The notes beneath the pieces were generated by a model. That model did not search any database, was not told the DNA's origin, and was given only the letters and a program-made list of their open reading frames with translations. Shown piece by piece: positions 13,561 to 26,518 of a DNA stretch of 64,000 nucleotides. Origin of the DNA: Octopus vulgaris. Its lineage: Eukaryota. The stretch covers positions 109,182,001-109,246,000 of the forward strand of contig OX597823.1 in the NCBI GenBank assembly GCA_951406725.2, given 5' to 3'. Position 1 is the stretch's first letter, and the number at the start of each line of letters is the position of its first letter. The translations under genes and the position numbers were made by a program.

Positions 13561-13651
13561 TGTACATCATACAACTCTACATCATACAATGCAGAGTAGA
13601 TAAAGATTCCTTACTATTATTACTTCGTAAGATCCCTTACCATTATTATTG

Positions 13652-13725
<74 letters not shown>

Positions 13726-13899
13726 CACAGGCATATGTATTCGCACACACAAAGGTTGGATATTCTCCCCTTAAGGAAAATAATAATCCTCTCAGACGTC
13801 CATAGTTGTCTCTTTCTCTCTCTCTGTTTTTCACTCTCTTAATATGTATGCAGATATATAAGCAGCAGCAGCCGTACCTCTCAGTCAAATGACCACATG

Positions 13900-13965
<66 letters not shown>

Positions 13966-14626
13966 GGGCGCGCCCGTGTCTGTATGTGGTTGTTTGTTTG
14001 TGTTTGAGTATTCTATTTATAACATCCTTTGTTAACATAACCTTAGTATACACTGGTCCGCTACGCAGTCAGCAGTCTTCAAAAAATAAAATGAAACAAA
14101 TCTTCATTAAATCGCTTTATTTCGCCATAAAGAATAAGAAACAAAAAACAAGGGACAGATTGCACTCTCCCGTCTTAGAAATTCACAACGGCGAAATGAT
14201 ATACTAAAACGATATATATCATCTTTTTTTACTTTGGTCATAGATCTTCCACTTGTTGGCCTACCACAGGCTAAAAAATGGCATCAACAGGAACAAACAT
14301 AGTTCGTAAGATTCAAATTGGTTTGTTAGCGATAGCAATAGTTAGTCCTCCATGCAGACATTTCTGTAACCATAGTTCAGGATCATGACCTTACATGTTG
14401 CCAGAATATGGAAGAAGATATTGTAAGCAAAAGGTGTCATCCACTTCAACCGCCTCAATATGTATTCAGTATACGGTTTTAATATACTGACCTACAATTT
14501 CTAACATATCTTTTCTTCTTTTAACTTAGTAGAATATTACACACACATACACATGCACACACATGCACGCGCGCACGCACATATATGCATATACATACAT
14601 ACATACATGCATACATATATACATAC

Positions 14627-14679
<53 letters not shown>

Positions 14680-14935
14680 TACATATACATATATACATAC
14701 ATACATATATATACATGGAGTAGACGAATGTGTTGTATGTCTTGTATTCTGTTTTTTCGTTGTTTAAAGAAATGTCCGTTTCCATGGTTTTGTTCTTTTG
14801 TTTTCGTTTCTCATTGTGTTCGACATTGTTTTGGTGTCCTGTCCCCATATATGCATGTATATGTACATACAGATGTAGGTACGTATATATATGTATGTAT
14901 ATATGCATATGTTTTATTTACTATTTTGTTATTAA

Positions 14936-14979
<44 letters not shown>

Positions 14980-14983
<4 letters not shown>

Positions 14984-16219
14984 ACGGTTGGCTAGGTGCA
15001 TTTCTGGTGACCCACATAGGAATAATGGCACCATCATGTCTGGTGAAAATGTGACAGTCTTTTGTCTAATGGAGGACTAATGGGTTTTGGAATGACCTGT
15101 GACCTTGTGCGGGTGAATTAGGGGTCGCTCTGGACACCCCTTGAATATGTCGTGAGAGAGGATGAGGGGGCAGAGAGGGACAGGCAGAGAGTATGGTAGA
15201 GCTGTCAGGAGAGGGTAAGGGACAGTAGGCGATAGCGATAGAGTAAGAGCAGAGGGCAAATAGAAAGGATAAGCAGTAAGGGACAGATTGAGGATATAGA
15301 TAGAGTATAGGGACCAGGACAGTTAGAGAGGGTATGAGCGGTACAGAGGGAGATGAGGGAGTGGAAGAAGCACAGAGACGAAGTGAGGTCTTGGCAGTCG
15401 TTGAGCGGTCGTCGAGGAACACAGACGGATCTGGGTAGTTAGTAGCTGGTCGTCAAGAAGGGCAGTCGGTGAGCGGTCGTCGAAGAACACGGACGGATCT
15501 TGCGGTCGCTGGCCGGTCCTCGAAGAAGACAGACGGACCTTGGATTTAAGGAGCAAGCGTTGGAATTCTTAGGAGCAAGTTGGGTGCGAGAAAGCTTGGC
15601 GGCGCAGAGGGGAATTAGCAGTATTCAGAGGAATTAGCAGTATTGAGAGGAATGGGACACTGGCAGATTCAGTTAGGAATTAAGGTATGTGATTTGTGTG
15701 TTGAACAGTGAAGGGAACAGTCAGAGACTCTGTCGATGTAGTCGATAAAGAACATTGTGAAGAAGAAGAGTAAAGGACTTGTTGAATTGTAACGTGAATT
15801 GTTGTGATACGAACATTGTATAATGTATCGAAGTGTTCTGATTGGACTGTGACGTATCGTGATCATTATTTGATCTGGACTTGTTGTGTCGTTACTGAAC
15901 ACTGTTATATTGTTACATGCATGTTGTTAAATGCTTTGATCTGTGGTATACCGTATGATGTATTGATTTGTTGTTTGCCTTAAATGCTTTGATGTTGTAA
16001 CAATTGTAATTGTCGTATAAACAGTTGTTTGAATATAAGCCAATGTTGCCAGTTGTTGCCTTGCCTCTTTGGGTTGTATCTCGGGTTGTGCCTCTGTATC
16101 TCTGTGCTGTTGAGGTTGTGGCAGTATCTATCTGTATCTCCTCTCTCCGCCTCTTTGGGTTCCGTGGCGGAACTTGTGTGAGCCGTTCGGGACGGGCGAC
16201 GACGGGTGATTCCGTAACA
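14980..16219. mobile_element. Solo LTR (probably Gypsy-type), 1240 bp
   Basis: Starts TGTTACGG and ends CCGTAACA (8-bp terminal inverted repeat, TG...CA). 4-bp TSD ATAT/ATAT. Internal direct repeats GAGCGGTCGTCGARGAACACRGACGGATCT and GAATTAGCAGTATT. Confidence 0.8.
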
Positions 16220-16231
16220 ATATATTATATA

Positions 16232-16646
16232 GGAGTGGCTGTGTGGTAAGTAGCTTGTTTACCAACCACATGGTTCCGGGTTCAGTCCCACTGCGTGGCA
16301 CCTTGGGCAAGTGTCTTCTACTATAGCCTCGGGCCGACCAAAGCCTTGTGAGTGGATTTGGTAGACGGAAACTGAAAGAAGCCCGTCGTATATATGTATA
16401 TATTCATATATATATGTGCGTGTGTGTGTTTGTGTGTCTGTATTTGTCCCCCTAGCATTGCTTGACAACCGATGCTGGTGTGCTTATGTCCCCGTTACTT
16501 AGCGGTTCGGCACAAGGGGCCGATAGAATAAGTACTGGGCTTACAAAAGAATAAGTCCCGGGGTCGAGTAGCTCGATTAAAGGCGGTGCTACAGCATGGC
16601 CGCAGTCAAATGACTGAAACAAGTAAAAGAGTAAAAGAGTAAAAGA

Positions 16647-16648
<2 letters not shown>
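16232..16648 (+). mobile_element. SINE family A
   Basis: Full head, body and (GTAAAAGA)n tail. Confidence 0.92.
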
Positions 16649-16728
<80 letters not shown>

Positions 16729-17997
16729 GTATGTATATATGTGGGAGGATGGATGCATAGCATATATCTTATTCCTGGTCACTTTAGATCTTATTTTTCT
16801 ATGTTTCTTGCCTTTAAGCAATCTTCAGACAGAGGCGACTTTTTGTTTGACGGTAGAAACTCCGTTATCGTTTAGTTAATACATCTCTCACAATTTTCCA
16901 TTCTTCATTTTTATTTTAGCGTCTCATGATTTCCTCCGTTTTACTGGGAAGTTGATTAATTCGTCTTGTTCATAGGAAGAGGGATAGTTTTCAACGAATT
17001 CCTGACGTTCCATCTGTAGGCAATTTTCATAGAATGTATAAAGTACTCCACACTAAAAAGTGGTATGGTTGCACAGTTGAGATTACAAGAATGATAACAT
17101 ACATATAAATAGTGGTAGCAGAGATCATATCAGTATGAGCGTCTGACTCAGCACTACCTTTAAGAATGGGTAACTGAACAAAGAGGTAAAAAGGATAGAG
17201 CCATAAATTTTAACCATTATGTGGAGAATTCTCTTTAATTTATCCGTAAATTTAACTTAGTGGCACTGATGCATTCAAATTTACCGTGTGCGTGGTGGTG
17301 GGTAAGTGGAGTGTGTATGTGTGTGCATCCTTATGTGCTGTGTGTATGTATGTACGTGACTCTCTCTTTCCCTCTCTTTCTCTTTCTGTGTGTGTGTATG
17401 TGAGTGCGTAGAAAATGTCTTGGAAAACATGGTTCCCTCCAAAACAAAAAACAAAAAACAAATAACGGGATTCTAGGGCAAGCAGTATACCAAGTACAAA
17501 AAGTCTCCTTACGAAGAACAGCTATGATGGACAGAGTATAGTGTCAAAATTTCATCCCAAAGCTACCCAGGTATATCGTGTTCAAAATACTCTTTCAGTG
17601 GTAAAAGAAACGCAATTGATCTCGCCTACATTATCGCAAAGACAAATCTTAAAAACGGAAGCAAAGCACTAGACTAAGATTTATTGTCATAGAATATATG
17701 GCCTATCTAATGGATTCCCTGAGCGTCGTGGTTAACTATATAAGCAAACTATAATCGCTTGCGATCAAATTGATTTGTGAAATCAGAAGCTATTCTCAAT
17801 TGCGATATAGTCTTAACGGAACCCAACAATATAAAATTATAAGTAAATGGCAGACTTTTGACAATTTTCTTTTTATTTAGAGGCAGAAAAGTGGCACTAA
17901 TGGATCTTTAGTGTCACAGGATTCGACGTTTGATTGATTGATTGATTCTAGTTTCAGCTCATGAGCTGTGGCCATGCTGGGGCACCGCCATTTAAAG

Positions 17998-18002
17998 AAA
18001 AA
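17998..18002 (-). terminator. Pol III terminator (T5) downstream of tRNA-Asp
   Basis: TTTTT on the minus strand, 8 nt after the tRNA 3' end. Confidence 0.6.
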
Positions 18003-18010
18003 GATAAGGC

Positions 18011-18083
18011 CTCCCCGGCGGGGAATCGAACCCCGGTCTCCCGCGTGACAGGCGGGGGATACTTACCACTATACTACCGAGGA
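18011..18083 (-). tRNA. trnD-GTC: tRNA-Asp (GTC), with one extra C before the anticodon stem
   Basis: Minus strand reads TCCTCGGTAGTATAGTGGTAAGTATCCCCCGCCTGTCACGCGGGAGACCGGGGTTCGATTCCCCGCCGGGGAG. The acceptor stem pairs and the anticodon loop is CTGTCAC. Confidence 0.93.
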
Positions 18084-18413
18084 TAACACTCTAAGACTGA
18101 TACAGGAACACGTGCATAAACAACATTGATACACGGTCACAGTTTTAAACGACATTGATTTAAGAAACCTAATTAAACGGAATCAAGTAAAGTCAAATGA
18201 ATGGATCCCAATACTTGATCAGTAAATTGCTTACATAACACATGATTCGATAACTCATTTATAAAATAACTAATGGTTTCGGTAATGATAATTATAAAGA
18301 ATTTAAATTTACATATAAGGGGACAGATTTTGGTTGGAAAGTTAGCTTGAGTAAACAGACATTTAAAATCACATACTTTTTGCAAATTTCAAAGAAAGAA
18401 AAGAGTAAAAAGG

Positions 18414-18556
18414 AGTCAGGACAATTGAAAAGGTTGCAAGACGCAACGAAAATTTTAGGAAAATAAAATAAGAAATAAGTGGAAATTTTACCAGTGAGTG
18501 TATTACATTATAAGGCACAAAAAGAAAATGACTCTCCCCAGACACAACAGAGTAAA
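18414..18556 (+). mobile_element. Repeat family C (Penelope-like pseudo-LTR fragment) with a TTGAAAA-core hammerhead-like motif
   Basis: Shares GGTGAGTGT...AAGGCACAAAAAGAAAATGACTCTCCCCAGACACAACAGA with 24421-24620 and, inverted, with 41330-41530. Confidence 0.65.
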
Positions 18557-18619
18557 AAGGACTTTGTTGGAAATAGCATCTGATGCTTTACCGTTTCTTT
18601 CACTCATAATAACAATTAT

Positions 18620-19690
18620 TTCTTAGGCATACGGTCATCAATTTGATAAGAGATGTTTAGTCGAATCTTTCGATCCCAATACTTAATAGGTATTGTATTT
18701 TATAGGGCCTTGCAGGTATTTCATTTTATCGACCCCAAAAGAACGAATGGCAAAGTTGACTTTGGGGAAATTTCAACTCAGAACGTAGAGATCGTACTTT
18801 GTCAGATACTATAACAATTCTTTCAATCAACTGTCCATCAGTCATTCATAACAGATCTTCCTTACATTTGTGGCACAAAAGGCCACAAATTTGTGGAAAA
18901 AACAATAAAGGACTATATGAACCCTGAAGAAATGAACAGCTAGGTTGATTTGAACTCAGAAAGAAAATTAGTCGTTATTCCGATACTCTTCAATGATTCA
19001 ACCAACCCATTGATTCTTTTTAGAAGAATATTTGTTTCTGCTACAGCCACAAGTCCGGGATTCACGATGCAGGGTTTTATCGAATATATCAATTCAGTCC
19101 AGATCGTCACTGGGTGTAATTTATTTTATTGACCTCCAAATAGAGGAAGGGCAAAGTTGTGATCAGTAGAATTTGAATTCAAAAGGAAAGAATTATACCT
19201 GAATAGTTACTGTAAGGGATTGTGTGACGTGCACATGGTTCTGTCTATCTACCGACCATGGTAATAGTTCGTTTTGCTATAGGCAAAAGGCTGGAATTCA
19301 GGGAGCAAGTCCGTTCGATAAAATAAAATCCATTGATCAACTGCTGTTTACTCTATCGAATCCCAAAGGGTAAAAGGCAGAATTTGAACACAGAACGGAA
19401 ATACCACTAAGTATTTTGATAGGCGTGTTGGTGAATCTACCAGCTCGTTCCTCTCAGAGGCTTGCTAAAGGAAATAATAATAATCCTTTCTATTATCGGC
19501 TCAAGGCCTGGCGTTTTGGTTGCGGAGTCTAGTTAGTTATATCGACACCAGTGCTCAAATGGTGCTTACTTTATCTACCACGAAAGGATGAAGGGCTAAC
19601 TCAGCCTCAACGGAATTTGAACGTAGAGACGAATGAAATACTGTTAAGCAATTTTTCCGACGTGCTAACACTTCTGCCACATCACCGCCT
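18620..19690 (-). mobile_element. Cluster of about 5 decayed SINE family D copies
   Basis: Repeated degenerate TATTTTATCGACCCC...AAAGGCAAAGTTGAC...GAATTTGAACTCAGAAC modules. The reverse complement contains a B-box-like GAGTTCAAATTC. Confidence 0.6.
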
Positions 19691-20190
19691 TCTTATTCAT
19701 CTGAAATTGAACTCAGAATATACAATAGCATATTAAACAATGCAAAGAAATATATCGGACACTGAATCATTTCTAGCAAAGCCTGCAATAAAAATAATAT
19801 TAATAAAGATAATTATTATTGTAATTTCATTATTGAAAATAAATATGTTCTACTGACAACTCATTCTCTAATGAGCTTTATTCTAGAATAGTCAGAGAAT
19901 TGGAGGTTGATTTCTCCATTATTCAATAAATTTCCTTTAGGGTGTTGCTGAATATGCATGTATGTATGTATGTATGTACGTATGTATGTATGTATGTATG
20001 CATGTATATATGTATGTATGTATGTATGCATGCATGTATATATATATGTATGCATGTATGTATATATGTATGTGTGTATGCGAATGTGCATACATACGCA
20101 TATATGTATCTGTATGCATAAATATACATCTATACACACACACATATATTATACTATAAATATATTATAATATATATACATACATACCTA

Positions 20191-20222
<32 letters not shown>

Positions 20223-20246
20223 TATCTATATCTATATCTATATATA

Positions 20247-20304
<58 letters not shown>

Positions 20305-20438
20305 TGTGTATGTATGTATATATGTATTTATCTAAACACGTATTTAAGAATCTATATACAACAGAATAAATATTTATGCACAAGTCTTTTTCACTACAGT
20401 ATGAGAGTAAATGTTTAATCTTACAGGCATTTACATTC

Positions 20439-20496
<58 letters not shown>

Positions 20497-20512
20497 GTGT
20501 GTATGTATAATG

Positions 20513-20556
<44 letters not shown>

Positions 20557-20615
20557 CACATATTCATACACATGTGTATATAGCTATATGCATTCACGCA
20601 TATATATGTCTGAGC

Positions 20616-20653
<38 letters not shown>

Positions 20654-21124
20654 CAGCATATTCACTTACACAATGCCATGCCAAATAATTCATGCTAGTC
20701 ATGTCAGTTGAAGATATAAAACAGGTTTTTACATCGCTATAAAATATGGATGGATATTTCTAGATACTTTAGCGTATGAAACACATTGATAACTATTTAC
20801 GGTATTTATCAGCAAGCAAACTGATAGAATAATAGGCAAGTAAGCATATCACATCTAATCCCAGATGGCGCCCTTATCTACAGAGGTTTTATCCCTTATT
20901 ATAAGGTTCTACACCAGGGAGTGCAATAATGATTAAAGCCATAACAGATTAATAATTAACTTATCACTTAGTATAGCCTGGTTACATACAAAGGTTTCTT
21001 CATACTGTTTATCTAAACTTTATTGTTTCTCTCCACCTCTTTCTCATTCTCTCACAGTTTTTCTACACAAACACACACACACACACACTTACTCGCGCAC
21101 TCACGCACATATATACATATCTTC

Positions 21125-21160
<36 letters not shown>

Positions 21161-21307
21161 GTATGTAGTTGCATGTAAATCGTGGATCATATCTTCCAGT
21201 GTTTGACCTTCTCAGAGATTGTATATATACATATGTTCAACGCACACAATGTCACACATTTCGATATGATATATGTTTGTGTCTCTGTTTGTATTTGTGT
21301 ATGAATG

Positions 21308-21371
<64 letters not shown>

Positions 21372-21430
21372 ATATATATATATGTATATATATATATATG
21401 TATGTATGTAAGTATATACATATTAATATG

Positions 21431-21533
<103 letters not shown>

Positions 21534-21645
21534 CATATATTATATATATATGGTCACTGAAATAATTAAAATTTCTGTACCTATATTTTGTGTAGTTGTA
21601 CATGCTGATATTTGGAAACAACTTTATATAATTACTAACTTCACT

Positions 21646-21804
<159 letters not shown>

Positions 21805-21835
21805 TGTGTATACAGGTACATGCATGCATACATAC

Positions 21836-22968
21836 CATGTTGGATCAAAAGCTTTTCGGATTTTCAGTGATGAATTTTGACAACTTGTATTTCCATGTTA
21901 TATTATTAATTTAATACAGCTCGTCGTCTAATATTTTCATATATAACATATAAATGATAATTTTTATTGTATATTTTACAGCTTTTGTAATGAATAGTGA
22001 AAAAAATTGCTAGTAAAGCCAGTTTATGGTACATTTGAAAGAAAGATTTGAGTGTAAGGGCGTGCTGGAAAAGAATATAATGATGTAGAAGGCTAAAAGC
22101 ATGTGGTAAAACTAGCCCTGAAGGCAACGCAAGTTCGGGGAGACTTTCTGTTGTGGAAGATGTGGCCTTGCTTAAAATGGTTGAACAGCCCAGAACAAGA
22201 ATTCGTATATTGTCGACAGTGCATGGTTCTTCACAAAGTGCTATCAATCGACACTTCCATAAGATCGGCCTTGACAGCAAACGCTGTCGAAAAACGGGTG
22301 AACGTTTGCAAACAGCTGCTGGCAAATTCTTGAGATGCCCGTTTTTCGAGATAAATTATCGTAATCCTAATAAGAGAAATCAATAACCTCGTTCCGATCA
22401 GGTTTCAGAAGTCAAACAAAGGCGGTTTGAACAGGAGGTCACGTTGTGTGTTTGGTGGAATTTCAACTGGGTGCTTGTCAAATATGGTCATACAGTGAAT
22501 GCTAACCTTTACACTCAACAACTGCAGCAGGTCTCTGATGTTTTGAAAGCCAGCAACTCGGCATTGGTCAGTCAAGGACGCACATACATACAGCATGACA
22601 ATGGCCTTCCTCACTCTGCCAATATGATCTAGCGCCCTCTTAAAGAGCTCGAGGGGCTGGAAATGCCGCCTTATCCTGCATACGGGCCTTGCTTCAGTGG
22701 ATTACCACATTTGCTGAGCCATGACTCATTTCCTACAGGGATGAAGGTTCGATAATGTAGATGATGTTGGAATCGGGGGCAGAGAGTTTTTTTGGCGCTA
22801 AACAAGCTAAATAGTATAAGCGCGGAATTGGGCTCCTAGCATAACGATGGCGACAGGCAATAGACATATGATGGGATATATTTTGATGAATAAACGTTTT
22901 TCGTATGTAATTTGTTTGAAATATTAATTAACGTTTGAAATGTGAAAAAATATTTCTGACTCAACATG
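21836..22968 (+). mobile_element. Decayed mariner transposon
   Basis: Remnant peptides CVWWNF, HTVNANLYTQQL and QHDNGLPH, plus a PYPAYGP...DYHI-like segment (mariner YSPDLAPSDYHL). Degenerate TIRs CATGTTGGATCA / TGACTCAACATG. Confidence 0.8.
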
Positions 22969-23253
22969 CTGTATATAAATGTAAACCACGCGCTGAACAA
23001 TAGACGTCAAAAGACACTATTACCACCATAAATTCTCCGAGAAAACTACTACATAATAGGTTAGTAGAAGAAAGAAAATGAATTAAACGATTCTACTCTT
23101 TATTATATATATATAAGTTCCGTAAAAATTTAGATTCAGATGAATATGGTACTTAAGTTAAATGCACAGAAATTTGTATGTTATTATCCATATAATTCAA
23201 AATGGGGTGATTACAATCAAAATAAGCAACAAGGATATCCTTATTGTTTATTT

Positions 23254-23300
<47 letters not shown>

Positions 23301-23419
23301 CACACATATATCTATATATACATATATTCATATATATGTAAATATATTTATTCATACATACCTACACATAGACGCGCGTGCATACACACACAGAGAGATT
23401 AATTGAGAAACAGATTATG

Positions 23420-23650
23420 CAGGGTTAGTCAAAAGTCTCCTGCCTGTAAATCAAAACCATTTAATTCCAAGATTTATTTATTTTTAACAACTGAATGAAT
23501 TTAATAAAAACATCTAAATATAGAACATAATGAAAATTGTTCAAACCGAAATCCTTCTTTTGCGACACTATTTTTCCAAATGAATAAATAAAATCGAATA
23601 TTAAGTATTTTCGGGATTTTGATTTACCGTCGGGTGACTTTTGGCCATCC

Positions 23651-23653
<3 letters not shown>
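23420..23653. mobile_element. Tc1/mariner-type MITE
   Basis: ~37-bp TIRs: CAGGGTTAGTCAAAAGTCTCCTGCCTGTAAATCAAAA versus (reverse complement) CAGGGATGGCCAAAAGTCACCCGACGGTAAATCAAAA. TA on the right flank. Confidence 0.7.
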
Positions 23654-23686
<33 letters not shown>

Positions 23687-24364
23687 CTTAGTTGTAGATG
23701 TTAACGTAGGTTAATGAATATATAAATGTATATACACACTCGCAAATAATAGCGTTTAAGCATGTGCATATGTGTATGTGTGCATGTGTATGTTTGTGCA
23801 TGTTTGCATATGTGTTCGCAATCCATATCACTTTTACAAATTATGATTTGCAATCAGTATTTGACCTGGAATTAGAAAGTGTTCCGGGTCATTTATAATC
23901 ATTCACTCCACTCAGGCGACCCAGGCGAGTTAAATTAGACCACGACTTGCGTTACAGCAGCAACAGACCATGAACTAGCAATCCAAATGCAAAAGTCCCC
24001 TGCTGGCTTTCTCTACATCATCGTTTTCGAACTAAATCGGAGACTTCATTGCCATCCATATTATGCCGATTTGGTTGAAGACTTTACAGAGTCCACACGC
24101 ACGCACACAATCAAACACATACCCCACACACACACACTCACACACACACTCACATAGAAACGCACACACATAACGCATTGCGATACTCACAATTTGGTAT
24201 TCGTGGATAAGCCTTCGTCAGGTTCAATTGAACCGGATCACAATTAGAATTTATATATGGCTTGTGAGAGTAATTTTTGAATTTTTCTGTTGGTCGTATT
24301 AAGAGTATAACTTAGTCTGATAAAGCAGTGATACCTTATATATACTTCTACCTTATATATACTT

Positions 24365-24620
24365 TTTCTTGTGTCTTATAATGTAACACACTCACTTATT
24401 TCTTATTTTTATTTTCCTTAAGTCAAGACTATCGAACAGGTTGCAAGGCGCAACGAAAATTTTAGGAAAAGAAAAATAAGAAATAAATGGAAATTTCACC
24501 GGTGAGTGTGTTAAATAATAAGGCACAAAAAGAAAATGACTCTCCCCAGACACAACAGAATATGTTTCAAAACACGAACCCATATAAAGAATCTTGCAAA
24601 CCAAATCCAAAAACGAACTA
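24365..24620 (+). mobile_element. Repeat family C with a partial inverted duplication
   Basis: 24365-24420 is a deleted inverted copy of 24461-24535. A degenerate hammerhead-like motif lies at 24428-24465. Confidence 0.6.
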
Positions 24621-24714
24621 TATAAATATCTTTCTTAATGTATTCCAAGTACTATAAAAACTCCGATTTCTGGAATATTCTCCACCAGACAAAAACAAGT
24701 TCTACTAACTAGAC

Positions 24715-25095
24715 GCTTACCAACCACATGGTTCGGGTTCAGTCCTACTACGTGGTACCTTGGGAAAGTGTCCTCTACTATAGCTTCGAGCCGACCAAAG
24801 CCTTGTGAGTGAATTTTGTAGACGGAAACTGAAAGAAGCCCGTCGTATATATGTATATGTATATATATATATGTGTGTGTTTGTGCGTCTGTGTTTGTCA
24901 CCCACCCCAACATCGCTTGACAACCGACGCTGGTGTGTTTACGTCCCCTGTAACTTAGCGGTTCGGCAAAAGAGACCGTTAAAATAAGTACTAGGCTTAC
25001 AAAGAATTAGTCCTAGGGTCGATTTGCTCGACTAAAGGCGGTGCTCCAGCACGACCGCAGTCAAATGACTGAAACAAGTAAAAGAGTCAAAGAGT
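24715..25095 (+). mobile_element. SINE family A (5'-truncated)
   Basis: Body and tail match family A. Confidence 0.9.
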
Positions 25096-25487
25096 AACTG
25101 TTGGCCCTAAATATTTATGCTACATAAATTCTGTTATTTCACCGATGTTTTTCTCTAGTCCGTCCCGATCCAGATGTTTATTGTATTCGATTTGGTAAAC
25201 ATCTCGGTTTTTCTTCTGGAACATTAGAGTAACTTATTTCATAGTAAACGAGTTACTTTCAAAATGGAAGTAGGTGCTTCAATTAAGGTTCGGTTGCTAT
25301 GTCTATAAGGACCAAATACTATGGCCAGGCTCTTTCGGTGAGTAATAATCAAACTGCTAGATAGTAAACATCGATGGAAAATGAGTTCTTGGATGACCGA
25401 AATATTTCGATAGCATGCATGATAAATATCATTAAACATATGCTACAACAGACGGGACTCTTTCCTTATTACTACATACATGAATAC

Positions 25488-25526
<39 letters not shown>

Positions 25527-26333
25527 TATACATGCACATGTATAAACATGTACGTATACTTATATTAACATTCATAAATATATATGTACATAAATCATGT
25601 TTATATTTACCAGGAGACGTTGTGTCCGTAAGTTTATTTGTGTAACCTAATACACACTTATATTCATACTCACGCGCACATATATACACAGACAGTCAGA
25701 GACACATGCTTTTCTGCGTTAAATAGAAGAGGCCATGGAGCAACGTGTACAGTGTAATAGAGCAACACACCTAGACAGGCTTAGGTAGATTCTGGTCATA
25801 ATTTCTGTAACAAACCAACTGACAAATTAAAGTGTGAGAGACACAAGCATTTAGTGATACGAAAAGAGACAGCGAAGCAGGGAGCTGGTAACAAATGATG
25901 AAAAGTGTAGAAGAATGGAGATGGCTGTGGAGGGGATGAAGAGAAATTTTAATACAGTGACAATTTCTCACCACCACCTCTCTCTCTCTCTCTCTATCTC
26001 TATCAATTTCTCTCTCTCTCAGCATAAATTCCTCCCCCTCTCTCTTTCTCTCTCTCTCTCACTTCTGGTCAGTTTCTCTCACCCCCTTTCTCTTTTACAA
26101 CCGTTCTCTTATTTCTGTTCTATTCTTTCCAACCTGATGTAAAAGCTACGCTAAATAATTAGCTAACCAACCAGTTTCCACTTTGAAACAACCAAAGGCA
26201 CACAAACATAAATAAGTATATGTATAAGGAAATATGTAAGTATGTATAACTGTATGTGCATGTATGCATATATGGGTGCATGCATGCATGGACACGTGTG
26301 TGTGTGTGTATATGTATAAATATACATACATAC

Positions 26334-26406
<73 letters not shown>

Positions 26407-26430
26407 TGTATATATATATGTGTGTATGTT

Positions 26431-26477
<47 letters not shown>

Positions 26478-26480
26478 ACA

Positions 26481-26518
<38 letters not shown>

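Noticed and set aside
15403-15645. Short spaced direct repeats superficially like CRISPR
   Set aside because: Only two or three units, inside an LTR of a eukaryotic genome, with no cas genes.
23862-23890. Hairpin TGACCTGGAA...TTCCGGGTCA
   Set aside because: The 10-bp stem is too short for a pre-miRNA and could arise by chance.
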